This document shows, piece after piece, positions 1 to 9,828 of a DNA stretch of 64,000 nt. This stretch comes from a virus, in the IMG/VR virus record IMGVR_UViG_3300017909_003024, positions 1,991-65,990 of that record, one strand, 5' to 3'. The notes beneath the pieces were generated by a model. The model had not been told where the DNA came from and did no database searches. It saw nothing but the letters and a program-made list of their open reading frames with translations. The position numbers and the translations under genes are program-made. Each line of letters begins with the position of its first letter. Position 1 is the stretch's first letter.

Positions 1-428
1 TTCATAATAAGTGTTGCACCTATAGGTTTATGAATTTGTTTTTTTTCTTTTGCTCGAAGTTGTTTGATTGCTTTACTTAGTTCTGATTTACTAACTGAGG
101 TTCTTTGAGCTTCATCCACACCTTCTTTCTTAGATTTATTACCCCAATTCGCAGCACCGACTTTTCTACACTTTACTAAAGCACCACTGGCATAAGCAGA
201 CGGCCATACATCGTAACGAGCTTTGACCTTGTGATAACAAGCATCTTTTTTACCCGCGGCTTCATCGAATTGTTCTTCTGTAAGTCTTTTACCTACTAAC
301 TCTTCTAACTTTGTACTCATTTTACTTTCCTTCTTCGTCTTACCAGCACAATGTGCCTTTTGACTAAATCCTTTTGGGTTATTACAATCGATACTTCGTT
401 TGTATTTCTTACTCCACTTCTTTGGCAT
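1..428 (-). CDS. Partial (runs off left edge) lysine-rich mosaic phage protein, not in the ORF track
   Basis: Manual translation from ATG at 428: MPKKWSKKYKRSIDCNNPKGFSQKAHCAGK...KKDACYHKVKARYDVWPSAYASGALVKCRKVGAANWGNK..., open to base 1. Both Cys modules resemble short motifs common in marine T4-like phages. Confidence 0.75.
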   Translation of the reverse strand, partial: MPKKWSKKYKRSIDCNNPKGFSQKAHCAGKTKKESKMSTKLEELVGKRLTEEQFDEAAGKKDACYHKVKARYDVWPSAYASGALVKCRKVGAANWGNKSKKEGVDEAQRTSVSKSELSKAIKQLRAKEKKQIHKPIGATLIM

Positions 429-843
429 CTTTCTCACCAAAAGCCTTCTTACCCCAAATGTAAGAAATCTTATCATCCTTTATAGGACCACCCTTTGCCC
501 AAGTGTTACAAGACCTAGCAGAATGACATTTGAAATGATGCATCCAACAATATCCTAAAACACCTGAATCGTCTGATACTTCACCTGGCATACACTCTAG
601 CATTCTTGGTGAGATATCAAATGCTGTACAATTACCACACAATGATGTCCTAGCTGCTTCCACAGATGTGTTCCATTGGTCAGCAATCTTTTCCCAAAAG
701 TCACCTGGTTCATCAGGATTAAGAGGGCCATAATTGTGAGCCTTTACAGTATGATCTCTATTCTTTGTATTTAGGTCAACATCTTGGGTTGCTGGTGGAC
801 ACTCTTTGAATTTTTGTTCTAATAAATCTATTAATCTGATCAT
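409..843 (-). CDS. Cys/His-rich hypothetical phage protein, putative metal-binding
   Basis: Likely start MIRLIDLLE at 843, next to the upstream stop at 845. Contains CGNC...C...GYCWMHHFKCH..C..W. Confidence 0.65.
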   Translation of the reverse strand: MIRLIDLLEQKFKECPPATQDVDLNTKNRDHTVKAHNYGPLNPDEPGDFWEKIADQWNTSVEAARTSLCGNCTAFDISPRMLECMPGEVSDDSGVLGYCWMHHFKCHSARSCNTWAKGGPIKDDKISYIWGKKAFGEKDAKEVE

Positions 844-844
844 A

Positions 845-1189
845 TTATTTCTCTGGTTTTGTAGAAACGTATATTGGTTTCTTACCACCACCTTTGAGTG
901 ATGATGTACCACCTCTACCTTTCTTATTCTGTGCTGCTCTTTTTCTACGAGTAGCACTGGCTTTCTGTTTCTTTGTCATACGAGCAGCTTTACTTGCTGG
1001 TACACACTTAGCGTATCCTCGTTTTTTACCACTTGTACCACAAGGTGGGTGTCCACCACCTTTCTTTTTCTTTCCGATATTCACCCATTTATCGGAAAAC
1101 CATTTTCGTAGATTTTCATCCACGATGTTTCCACAGTTGATACAAGTGTTATCTTCTATCAATTCTGTAAATAATTCTTGTAATTTCAC
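845..1189 (-). CDS. Basic hypothetical phage protein
   Basis: LRKWFSDKWVNIG...PCG...YAKCVPASKA resembles small basic proteins of marine T4-like phages. 4-bp overlap with the upstream gene. Confidence 0.65.
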   Translation of the reverse strand: MKLQELFTELIEDNTCINCGNIVDENLRKWFSDKWVNIGKKKKGGGHPPCGTSGKKRGYAKCVPASKAARMTKKQKASATRRKRAAQNKKGRGGTSSLKGGGKKPIYVSTKPEK

Positions 1190-1599
1190 TTCGTTACTTT
1201 TCTTACTTTTTCTATTGAACGACCAGCAAAATAAGCAGCATATACAGTCATCAATAATGTTTGATAAACAGGTACATAAGCAGCACCTATCGTGAATTCA
1301 CCTAGATTACCATCAAATACACTTAGGATTACAAATACACAAGTTAGAAAGATCAATGTAATTGGTCTGATGTTTTTACTCAACCAACTTCCGTGTTTCA
1401 AATCAGCTTCCCAACGAGCAGATACTTGAGCTTGAGCAGCCTGTTCGGCTTGTATCAATATGGTTTCTAATTTTTGTTTTGCTTCAGCCTTTTCCTCACC
1501 TGACATATGTAGGTCGTCAATGATAGCTCCTACATCTTTCAGTGTATCTCCACCCAATAGTGAACCAGCAGCTTTTGTTATCCCACTAAGTAATCCCAT
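1186..1599 (-). CDS. Holin-like membrane protein (3TM/GTA-holin type)
   Basis: N-terminal amphipathic helix, RWEADLKHGSWLSKNIRP motif, two hydrophobic helices, C-terminal YFAGRSIEK. Confidence 0.65.
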   Translation of the reverse strand: MGLLSGITKAAGSLLGGDTLKDVGAIIDDLHMSGEEKAEAKQKLETILIQAEQAAQAQVSARWEADLKHGSWLSKNIRPITLIFLTCVFVILSVFDGNLGEFTIGAAYVPVYQTLLMTVYAAYFAGRSIEKVRKVTK

Positions 1600-1601
1600 G
1601 A

Positions 1602-1919
1602 TTAATCATCCGCATGTTCTAAGAGTTTAACATCGTCTTCGGCGTTGTTGAACCAAAAGTCAATAACTTTGGCAAACGAACCAACGAACCCACCTAACAT
1701 CAATAGTAAGATTTCCTTCCAACCACTCTGAACATCCACACCATTACTCATAAACCAAATCATAAGAGCAAGAATAGTGGAGAATAGAGCAACAACTGAT
1801 ATACTGATATACCACTTCTTGTTCTGTCTAAATTTTATTATATCAACTAACTGTTGATTGATAGCATGTTTTTGATCTTGTATGTGAAACTCGTCAATTA
1901 CTTTTTTTGATTCAGCCAT
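1602..1919 (-). CDS. Small two-TM membrane protein, possible lysis accessory
   Basis: Two hydrophobic segments (WYISISVVALFSTILALMIWF; ILLLMLGGFVGSFAKVIDFWF). Adjacent to the holin-like gene. Confidence 0.55.
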   Translation of the reverse strand: MAESKKVIDEFHIQDQKHAINQQLVDIIKFRQNKKWYISISVVALFSTILALMIWFMSNGVDVQSGWKEILLLMLGGFVGSFAKVIDFWFNNAEDDVKLLEHADD

Positions 1920-4009
1920 TATAAACTACTCCCTATCTTAACATTCTTTCCAAATTTTTTCCACATTCCAGCGATAATTCTTACCAATTGTTTTTCGTTT
2001 TTTGTGTTTAATTGTTTTTTGATGTCATCATTTACTTTATTATAAATCTGTTTAAATAAACTAGCAGACATACTATCTACGGTTGTGCCACCTACTTTAC
2101 CAAATCCTTCATCGGCAATCTTCATTAATTTTTTTACACCCTTAGACATCTCAATATCTTCTTTTATTTTTTTCTTTTTCTTTTTTATTAGGTGTGGTCC
2201 CGCTGGTTCTTCACCAAGTTTTCCATCCACACCATATCCACAGGTTCCCTCATTTACCTTACCCTTTTTCATATCTATGATACTAGCAGCCATATCACCA
2301 AGAGCCAAACTTATACGACCACCTCTGTTATACAGATATCTTTTAGCTTTTGAACCACTAGCTGGCACCATAATGATTCTTTCCACTCTACCCTTCATCA
2401 ACTTGGTCTTTCCTTTGGTAACTAGAAATGGATGAAACTTAGAACCTTTGCCAATACTTGAGTCGTATTTGATACTGACGATATCACCCTTTTTAAGTGA
2501 ATTATAGATTTTAAATTTTTCTGAATCACTGATGTTTTCATTTACAGATTCTTTTACATCCTTACCAAATATTTTTCTCATCTCCTTTCTGAATCCACCA
2601 CTTGTCCACATCTGTGATGCCTCATAGGAATAAGGTTCTATTCCTTTCTTACCTATTAATTTATAAAACTTTTTATCAAGTTCCTTTACAGCTTTTTCTT
2701 GTGCTGGAGTCCAAGCTCTTTCATTTACACTTTCTTTTATCTTTTTCCCACCTTTACTCTTTATGATTTTTGCTATCTTTGGATTTCTATCTTTGGTTGT
2801 CCAAGTCATTTTATTGAAATCAGGTGTCCCTTTGTATCCAGCTCTAGCCAACATAGCATCTAACTCATCCATTTGTGTATTAGTGTATCCTCTGAATTTA
2901 TAAACTGCTTCGTTTAAACCTAAAATTCTTATTATATCTCTAGATATTGTAAGATTTACAAGTTCATCAGATGTAAATTTATCCAAATCTTTCTGGCGAC
3001 TTTTCATTTTTGGATGGTTATAAATCTTCATAATAGTATTGGCTGTTTTACCATTCATTCGTGTGCCAGTAACCGTACCATACTTATTCTTTTTAGCTAA
3101 ATTATCAATTGATTTTATAACTTTTGATTGTTCATTTACAGATTCACTTTTCTTTTTCTTCACACAATTAGGATATCTCTTTCCAAACATGGTCTTCATG
3201 CCTTTCTTCTCATATCCTTTCCAGCACTTTTCATTTAAATCCCAAACCTTGATTTCATCTACAGATTCATCTGCTTCTTTCAATTGTTTTGCAATTTGTA
3301 GTAAAGTTTGTGGAGAATAAGTAGATTCTTTTACAACTTCATTTACGATAGATCCCACATAATCATTTATTTCTTTTTTCAAACGACTCTTTTCAGCACG
3401 TCCTCTGTTGGTTGACTCTTTTTCAAATCCAACTATCTTTCCCCCCTTATGAGAAGCATCCTTACCATCTCCATTCCCATAAGTTCCTTTTTGTCTGTTG
3501 TATTTGTTCAACTCGGCTCTGTACTTCTTAGCCTTTGGTGATGATTGAAATTTTTTATACTCTGCTTTATAGTCTCTTTTAGAACCATTGGATTCATTTA
3601 CTAATTGAACTCTAGACATTCCACCACCTGACATCAAACCTTTCATGAGTGATTTATCAAATATGTAATCAACCACCTGAGCTAATTTTCTTCCATCATT
3701 ATCAGCATCAACCTTGAACCCACCTGAAATTTTAGACACTGTAGCTCCAACTTTTTTAGCAATTACTTTGAGATGCTTCTCTAATGTCTTATCTTTTATT
3801 TGTGTAAAGTGAAGAACCCTTCCTTCATTTACTTTCTTATTAGGTAAACCCTTATGTTTTGTTTTGGCATATTTCTTAACACTACTTTTTTTCATTTTCT
3901 TCGCCGCATCTTGTGCGTCCTTGTTAAAATCAGAGGGATCGGCTTCACCCTTTTGGATTGCCCTTACTATTCCCATGAACTTCTGTTGTTTCTTGGAAAC
4001 AGAAGGCAT
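1919..4009 (-). CDS. Lysine-rich mosaic protein (putative internal head protein/polyprotein) with a degenerate HNH-like module
   Basis: Short modules (MPSVSKKQQKFMG; GNGDGKDASH...STNRGR; KCWKGYEKKG...PNCVKK) separated by ESVNE/xVNE linkers. Directly downstream of the prohead protease. Confidence 0.6.
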   Translation of the reverse strand: MPSVSKKQQKFMGIVRAIQKGEADPSDFNKDAQDAAKKMKKSSVKKYAKTKHKGLPNKKVNEGRVLHFTQIKDKTLEKHLKVIAKKVGATVSKISGGFKVDADNDGRKLAQVVDYIFDKSLMKGLMSGGGMSRVQLVNESNGSKRDYKAEYKKFQSSPKAKKYRAELNKYNRQKGTYGNGDGKDASHKGGKIVGFEKESTNRGRAEKSRLKKEINDYVGSIVNEVVKESTYSPQTLLQIAKQLKEADESVDEIKVWDLNEKCWKGYEKKGMKTMFGKRYPNCVKKKKSESVNEQSKVIKSIDNLAKKNKYGTVTGTRMNGKTANTIMKIYNHPKMKSRQKDLDKFTSDELVNLTISRDIIRILGLNEAVYKFRGYTNTQMDELDAMLARAGYKGTPDFNKMTWTTKDRNPKIAKIIKSKGGKKIKESVNERAWTPAQEKAVKELDKKFYKLIGKKGIEPYSYEASQMWTSGGFRKEMRKIFGKDVKESVNENISDSEKFKIYNSLKKGDIVSIKYDSSIGKGSKFHPFLVTKGKTKLMKGRVERIIMVPASGSKAKRYLYNRGGRISLALGDMAASIIDMKKGKVNEGTCGYGVDGKLGEEPAGPHLIKKKKKKIKEDIEMSKGVKKLMKIADEGFGKVGGTTVDSMSASLFKQIYNKVNDDIKKQLNTKNEKQLVRIIAGMWKKFGKNVKIGSSL

Positions 4010-4010
4010 C

Positions 4011-4613
4011 CTACCCTCTCATTATGTCGTTAACAATCTTCTCTAAGTTACTCTCAGGTGAACTATGCTGAACTGACTCATTTACAGGTCTCATAAAAGC
4101 ACCATGTGTAGATGGATTCGACACAAAGTCAAATGCTATCAACTCAAAGTCATCTTGAACTTCTACTGTACCATCCTCACCATCAGCCTCGTTTACTGGT
4201 TCTACTGAACCCAACCCACGAGAACTAATACCAAGTTTGATACCTGATCTAAATAATTCTTTCAAAATATTACCAGCTGGTGTACTCAATACCTCAACTG
4301 TTCCAAGTAAGTCGTCATTATCCCAATGCATCTCTAATACATTATGTGAAGCATTGTTTAGATTTACAACAGAAGATTCAGGATGATCTAACTCACCTAA
4401 AGCTCTTCTTTCCCTTACATTTACATCTTCGTATTTCTTAGCCTCTCTAACTAATACTTCTCTTGGGTATATCCTACCATTTTGGTTTTTAGCAGCAGCT
4501 CGTTGTAAAACTCCTTTTACAACCAACCTACCATTGTTTTCTTTTATAGACTCATCTATCTTTTGTCTTGATATCTCAAATGGTCTAACATCTACTAATA
4601 ATTGTTTACTCAT
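4011..4613 (-). CDS. Prohead core protease (T4 gp21-like)
   Basis: NQNGRIYP, ALGELDHP, STPAGNIL, GISSRGLGS and FDFVSNPST motifs. Likely start MSKQLLVD at 4613. Confidence 0.92.
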   Translation of the reverse strand: MSKQLLVDVRPFEISRQKIDESIKENNGRLVVKGVLQRAAAKNQNGRIYPREVLVREAKKYEDVNVRERRALGELDHPESSVVNLNNASHNVLEMHWDNDDLLGTVEVLSTPAGNILKELFRSGIKLGISSRGLGSVEPVNEADGEDGTVEVQDDFELIAFDFVSNPSTHGAFMRPVNESVQHSSPESNLEKIVNDIMRG

Positions 4614-4615
4614 GA

Positions 4616-4819
4616 TTAATCCCTCGTCCAGGTTTTCCAAGCAGTTCCATTGTAAATAAAAATCTTATCACTGGCTACACTATAAGTCATAGTTCCTTTT
4701 GCTGGATTATCAACTTGTGCTTCAGCATCGGTATCAAATACAGGTATACCACTTGTGTTATCAAAGACCAATTGTTTAGGAATTGATTTTTTAGAATCAT
4801 TTGGATCTACTTTGTACAT
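4616..4819 (-). CDS. Small hypothetical protein, possibly virion-associated
   Basis: Fills the gap exactly. Contains a GTMTY...IFIYNGTAW beta motif seen in phage structural proteins. Confidence 0.5.
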   Translation of the reverse strand: MYKVDPNDSKKSIPKQLVFDNTSGIPVFDTDAEAQVDNPAKGTMTYSVASDKIFIYNGTAWKTWTRD

Positions 4820-5131
4820 TTATTTTCCTTTCCAAGAAGCTCGTTTTATCCAAATATCAAATAAGATATCAGCTACTTCTTGTCTGATTTGTTTTTTAAT
4901 TTTTTCAAGATCAGATTTATCTAATGCTTCATCAACAAATTTATAGCCAGTTTGTTTTTCAATATTCTTTTTTCTTTTCTTCTTCATACCCTTTTTACTA
5001 AAAGCATATGGAGTTTGATAAGTATCTATACTCGCAGTAGTGGTAATCTCTTTCAACTTCTTGCGATATAGCCTACTGGCTAATTCTTTTACTAATTTAT
5101 TGAATTTTTCTGAGTTCTTTATCGAGTTCAT
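4820..5131 (-). CDS. Hypothetical head-region protein
   Basis: Basic ORF in the operon containing YQTPYAFSK. Start uncertain because it overlaps the upstream gene. Confidence 0.55.
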   Translation of the reverse strand: MNSIKNSEKFNKLVKELASRLYRKKLKEITTTASIDTYQTPYAFSKKGMKKKRKKNIEKQTGYKFVDEALDKSDLEKIKKQIRQEVADILFDIWIKRASWKGK

Positions 5132-5945
5132 AGTATCTCAACAATTGAACAACTGAATCATCTTGAGTTGTCTTTGACTCATTCAAACAAAATTTGTCAA
5201 CACAATTAATAGCTTCTGTAAGTTTGATCTTCAATACCTCGTTTTTGACGTTCTTTACTCTAGATTTTAGTGATTTTTTTAGAGTTGGTAGTTTAGAGTT
5301 TACAAACTTGTTGAACTCATTAGAGTTTGATATGCTGTTAATGTATTCTTTCAATACTAATTTTTGATTAGCAGTAAGCTTGGTGTACTTTTCATTGAAC
5401 TTTTCAAGTAATATTTTATATGAAAGTATTCTTACATCCTTATCCTTGAGGTCTTTAGGTAGGTAATCGGCATTTTTTTGTGTGTTTATTGTGGTGATGT
5501 TTTCCATTATTATAAAATAACTGTCGGTTTTATCATCAGGACTTAGTTTGTTATTGCCTTCAAATAATTTATAAATGGAAGCATACTGTTTGTAGTTGTC
5601 TAATTTAGCAGAAAAAAGGTTTTTTGAATCGTAATGTTGGTTTATCTCTTTGATAATATTGTATTTTTCTCTACTTAAATTGGTTTTGTTTAGTTTTCCT
5701 CGTTGTCTAAGTATTTCAGCTAAAAAGAAATCAGCTTTTTTATCATCCTCAAACTTCTTTTTCAATAATAAATTATATAAACCGAGTTCTTTTCCAACTT
5801 CGGTGTTTTCGTTAAATCTTTTTTTGATAATTTGTACTGCTTTTGATGTTTTCTTTTTGTTCAAAACATCCACAGTTACTTGTCTCAATAAGAATTCAAA
5901 TAACATTCCTGTGTTTTTGAGCTTATTGTGTTTAAATTTTGCCAT
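5097..5945 (-). CDS. Hypothetical helical protein downstream of the portal
   Basis: About 282 aa, starts MAKFKHNKLKNTGMLFEFL. Preceded by the recurrent intergenic motif. Confidence 0.65.
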   Translation of the reverse strand: MAKFKHNKLKNTGMLFEFLLRQVTVDVLNKKKTSKAVQIIKKRFNENTEVGKELGLYNLLLKKKFEDDKKADFFLAEILRQRGKLNKTNLSREKYNIIKEINQHYDSKNLFSAKLDNYKQYASIYKLFEGNNKLSPDDKTDSYFIIMENITTINTQKNADYLPKDLKDKDVRILSYKILLEKFNEKYTKLTANQKLVLKEYINSISNSNEFNKFVNSKLPTLKKSLKSRVKNVKNEVLKIKLTEAINCVDKFCLNESKTTQDDSVVQLLRYYELDKELRKIQ

Positions 5946-5977
5946 ATGAGATTCCACTTTGTATATTACGATTCATA

Positions 5978-5986
5978 TATAAATAT
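5978..5986 (-). promoter_or_regulatory. Putative phage late promoter motif ATATTTATA
   Basis: Intergenic, about 33 nt upstream of ATG 5945; one of eight such sites. Confidence 0.6.
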
Positions 5987-6010
5987 AACCAAATTTAGAA
6001 TAGGTGAGTT

Positions 6011-7771
6011 TTACTCTTCTAAAATATTGTCTTCAGACAATAAATTTGTAGTTTTTCTTCCAAATTTCTTTTTCAATTGATCTAACATTCCTTCATGTGC
6101 TACTAAGGTAGAAGCTTTGTTAGTTGCTAATGGTGACTTACCCTTGAACTCCCTTTTACCAAAACTACGATGTCTTTTCTGTACCTTTCCATCATCACCT
6201 CGTGGTTCATCTTTAGTAAAAGGATCTTTTCTACTACCACCCCAATCACCCTTTCGAGGTTGTTCATTAGGATCTTCCTCTCCACCTTCATCATCTGCTG
6301 GTGGTGGTTCTGTTGCTGGATCATTACCTTCGGTTTCAATCTGTTCCATTCTAAACTTATCTTTTTGATCCAATATAATACCTTGAAAAATATCCTTTTT
6401 CTGATCATCTGAAAAATCAAATATATGATCATAGATATATTTACGACTCAATATTTTATTATCTAAAGCATCTCTAGCTAAATCCAACTGTTGGTTCAGT
6501 AGTTCAAGTTTTTCTTGTTCATGAATCATAGATGGATTCTGTAATTCTAATTCAAAATCAATCAAATCAGATGACTCAAATCCTTGTGAATACAGGTGAA
6601 CCACACCTATTTTCATCAATTCACTAACAACAATCTTTTGTAATCTTTCTATAGTACGAGAGAATCTAACATCCTCAGCGGCTAATGTAGCCTTACCACC
6701 ACTCAATCCTTCTTCATATCCTAAGAAAGCCTTTGGTATTCTTAGGGAAGCCATGAGTTTGTTTCTCAAGTATTCAATATCTTCAACAGCATCGTTATTA
6801 CTTAATCCAGGTAAAGTATCGATTTCAGTTCCACTATCTCCACCACGAACAGGTAAAAAGTAATCTTCGGTAACTGACTCTACATTATATTTCAAATTAT
6901 ACTCACCTGTTTTTTGATCTATCACAGGTGTTTTCTTCATCTTACTGATGATTCTTTGCATAAACTGTTCAACTTCCCTTGGTGGTATGTTTCCAACATC
7001 AATTTTGAATATTCTTTTCTCAGGTGCTCTCATGATTCTGTGAATCAACATAGCATCTTCCATCAAAGTCAACTGTTTAAATATCTTTCTACCACCCTCT
7101 AACATACTCTTCCCATATGGTAAGAAGTTAGTATCAGCAAGTAATCTGAAATGTGCTATTTCATAATTTTCTTTTATTTCTTTATCACCAGCATGAAGTA
7201 TCTCATATTGTATCAACTGTGGATTCTTAGGATCATGATCTTCTAATCTAGTTATATCGTATGATGAAATTGGTTTCACATTTACTATACCATACTTGTC
7301 AAGAATATCTAATTGTAAATAAAAATCACCATATTTTGTAAGGTTTCTTATCCAACTCCATAAGTTGAACTCAATGTTCATAATATCATAATATAAGTTA
7401 TGTAGAATAGCCTTGACCTTATTGTTCTCTGTTTTTATATGTAAAACCTCACCCTCTAGATTGTCAACCGTAGACTCATCTGAATATATATCAAGAGCAG
7501 AAGCAATAATCGGGTCTTGATCCATTAATTCATAATCTCTGAATAAATCCATCTTACGAATCTCATAGTTAGCTCTTTGATTTTGTGCTGAACTATATGG
7601 GTTCTGATATGTCTTCTGAATCATCTTATTATATCTTTCGATAAAATTAGATTGAAGAGCTGTTTGTGTATAGTCTAAATCTCTAACGACTAACTTATTG
7701 TCATCTCTTTTTCGGATTATAACATTTGATTGAAATAATCTACCAAGTCTTGTAAAAATATTATCTGCCAT
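6011..7771 (-). CDS. Portal vertex protein (T4 gp20-like)
   Basis: LMEDAMLIHRIMRAPEKRIFKIDVGNIP, EDYFLPVRGG..GTEIDTLPG, EDVRFSRTIERLQ. Follows the terminase. Confidence 0.95.
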   Translation of the reverse strand: MADNIFTRLGRLFQSNVIIRKRDDNKLVVRDLDYTQTALQSNFIERYNKMIQKTYQNPYSSAQNQRANYEIRKMDLFRDYELMDQDPIIASALDIYSDESTVDNLEGEVLHIKTENNKVKAILHNLYYDIMNIEFNLWSWIRNLTKYGDFYLQLDILDKYGIVNVKPISSYDITRLEDHDPKNPQLIQYEILHAGDKEIKENYEIAHFRLLADTNFLPYGKSMLEGGRKIFKQLTLMEDAMLIHRIMRAPEKRIFKIDVGNIPPREVEQFMQRIISKMKKTPVIDQKTGEYNLKYNVESVTEDYFLPVRGGDSGTEIDTLPGLSNNDAVEDIEYLRNKLMASLRIPKAFLGYEEGLSGGKATLAAEDVRFSRTIERLQKIVVSELMKIGVVHLYSQGFESSDLIDFELELQNPSMIHEQEKLELLNQQLDLARDALDNKILSRKYIYDHIFDFSDDQKKDIFQGIILDQKDKFRMEQIETEGNDPATEPPPADDEGGEEDPNEQPRKGDWGGSRKDPFTKDEPRGDDGKVQKRHRSFGKREFKGKSPLATNKASTLVAHEGMLDQLKKKFGRKTTNLLSEDNILEE

Positions 7772-7777
7772 AATTTA

Positions 7778-9355
7778 TTATCCTAGTAACCAACTTAAAT
7801 CCTCTTTCTCACCGTTGATATCGATTTCATAAGGATTTTTCTTTGGTCTATTTGGTGTCATTATTGGTGACTTTTCATTAAGTGTACCAATTGCTCCTAA
7901 CATACTACTTTGTAATTCATTTCTTTCAGATTGGATTCTGATGGCAGTATCTCTTATCCATAACAATATGGAGTAAGCCATTACCAAATCATCGTTATAC
8001 CCATCTAAAGCTTCGGTTTTACTATTCTTATATATAAATACAAACAATTCATCAATTAACCTCGTAGACTTCAACTTCACCATTTTCTCTCTAGTGCACT
8101 CTTCCATTTTAGCAATAATCAGAGGTTTGGTTTTCAATGTAGTGGTGAAACCTGGTATTTTGTTTCTATCAATATGACGATAACGATTAGTATGTTTATT
8201 ATCCTCATCAACTACCAAGTGATTCTTCTCTTGATAAAACAAATTCTCATATCCTCTGTCGATAATTGTTTGTAATGTAGCCCAACCTATGTTGTTATTC
8301 TCAACAACCAATAGGGCATCATTGTATTTTGTGGCTAACTCTATAAGAAAGTTACCAAATTCTGTTGTGCCGAGTTGACCTTTATATTCCGCAACTTGCT
8401 CCATCTCGTCAATGTCAAATACTTGTGCTGTACTGTAATCAGTTCCATCTCCTCTTGCAACATCGGCACAGATTAAATAATTTTTTGAATAATCAGGATA
8501 TCCCCATATCCATAGGTTTCTATCAAACCCACTTTTCTCAGTTGGTTCACAACACATCTTCTCTTTATACCACTCCAAGATAACAGGATCAACGACAGAA
8601 CGACCAGAACTCAAGAAATCAGCATCACATTCTTGAGCAGCTTGTGAAGGTCCTAAGTTTTTGGTTTGTTCATCTCTCCATTCTTGATCTCTTTCAGGAT
8701 GACATGTCCAATGAAGCTTTACTGTGTTGAATTTATTAGCACCATCTTTAGCATCTTGCCATGTTTTATGAAACCAATTACCCACACCATTGGGTGTTGA
8801 TATGGCTAAACATTGACCACCAGTAGCCAATGTCTGTTGAGCAGCAGTCCATATGATATCAATCTTATCTATGAAAGCAGCCTCATCAATAATCAAAAGT
8901 GATAGGGCTTCAGAACGACCAGCACTTTCATTAGAAGCAATAGCTTTTATCTGTGAACCATTTTTGAATATCAATGAAAGTTTGTTGTTCTCAACGATAG
9001 CAGTTTTCAACCATGCTGGTAGAGCTTCATACATAATACGAACTTTTGTAATTAGGTTTTTCGCAGTATCTTTGGATGTCGCAATCACCAAGATGTTCTT
9101 ATCGTTTTGAAATAACATCATCCATAAGGAATATGCAGCACTCAATGTGGATATACCTAATTGTCTTGATTTCAATATAACATTGTAATCATGTTCTTGA
9201 TATTCTTTCAACACATCATATTGAAACGGATATAATTTAAACTTTATCTTACCTCTCTGTGGATGTTGAATAGTACAATACTGATTGATAAAGTATGATG
9301 GTTCTTTCGCACATTTGACGTAATTTTGTTTAATTGCTTGTTTTAAATCACTCAT
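7778..9355 (-). CDS. terL: Terminase large subunit (T4 gp17-like)
   Basis: LYPFQ Q-motif, KSRQLGIST Walker A, LIIDEAAF Walker B, STPNG coupling motif, nuclease ADVARGDGTDYS and DDLVMA. Confidence 0.96.
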   Translation of the reverse strand: MSDLKQAIKQNYVKCAKEPSYFINQYCTIQHPQRGKIKFKLYPFQYDVLKEYQEHDYNVILKSRQLGISTLSAAYSLWMMLFQNDKNILVIATSKDTAKNLITKVRIMYEALPAWLKTAIVENNKLSLIFKNGSQIKAIASNESAGRSEALSLLIIDEAAFIDKIDIIWTAAQQTLATGGQCLAISTPNGVGNWFHKTWQDAKDGANKFNTVKLHWTCHPERDQEWRDEQTKNLGPSQAAQECDADFLSSGRSVVDPVILEWYKEKMCCEPTEKSGFDRNLWIWGYPDYSKNYLICADVARGDGTDYSTAQVFDIDEMEQVAEYKGQLGTTEFGNFLIELATKYNDALLVVENNNIGWATLQTIIDRGYENLFYQEKNHLVVDEDNKHTNRYRHIDRNKIPGFTTTLKTKPLIIAKMEECTREKMVKLKSTRLIDELFVFIYKNSKTEALDGYNDDLVMAYSILLWIRDTAIRIQSERNELQSSMLGAIGTLNEKSPIMTPNRPKKNPYEIDINGEKEDLSWLLG

Positions 9356-9828
9356 CGATGTGATTCCTTTGATACAGCATTTGCTACTTTCTTATCTAAC
9401 TTTAGAGCAAGACTTTCTTTTCTTTCACCCATCTCTTGTTCATATTCAGCAAGGATTGATTTCCATCTTTTCTTTTCCATCTCGGTAACCCATTCATTCC
9501 ATTTACCTTTATGATGAAGATCAGCTTCAAACTCTAACTGACATATCCTACATCTACCCATACGATTGTAAGTTTCTTGATCAATTGTTTTTAGGATAAG
9601 TTTTTCACAATCACTACCTTCCCAACCATTACACTTATCAAAACCTCTTGGTGGTACTTTTGTGATTTGTTTTCTCTTACCATCTTTGATTGTCCAACTA
9701 CGACCTCTGGCGTCTGTCCACTCCTCACCTTCTTTTCGTTGATTAGTTGTCTTACCCTCATAACCTATAGATACACGTTCTCTGTATTTACCACTTACAA
9801 GGTCTTGTATCTTTTTTATATTGCTCAT
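9352..9828 (-). CDS. Hypothetical protein with paired Cys, translationally coupled to terL
   Basis: 4-bp overlaps on both sides, C..C...CRIC motifs, C-terminal helix. Confidence 0.55.
   Translation of the reverse strand: MSNIKKIQDLVSGKYRERVSIGYEGKTTNQRKEGEEWTDARGRSWTIKDGKRKQITKVPPRGFDKCNGWEGSDCEKLILKTIDQETYNRMGRCRICQLEFEADLHHKGKWNEWVTEMEKKRWKSILAEYEQEMGERKESLALKLDKKVANAVSKESHR

Noticed and set aside
3385-3580. HNH-like module as a mobile homing endonuclease or intein
   Set aside because: Very short and degenerate, embedded between xNE linkers, with no intein or intron boundary motifs.
8033-8040. TATAAATA inside terL
   Set aside because: Within coding sequence and lacks the flanking T of the intergenic motif; likely chance in AT-rich DNA.
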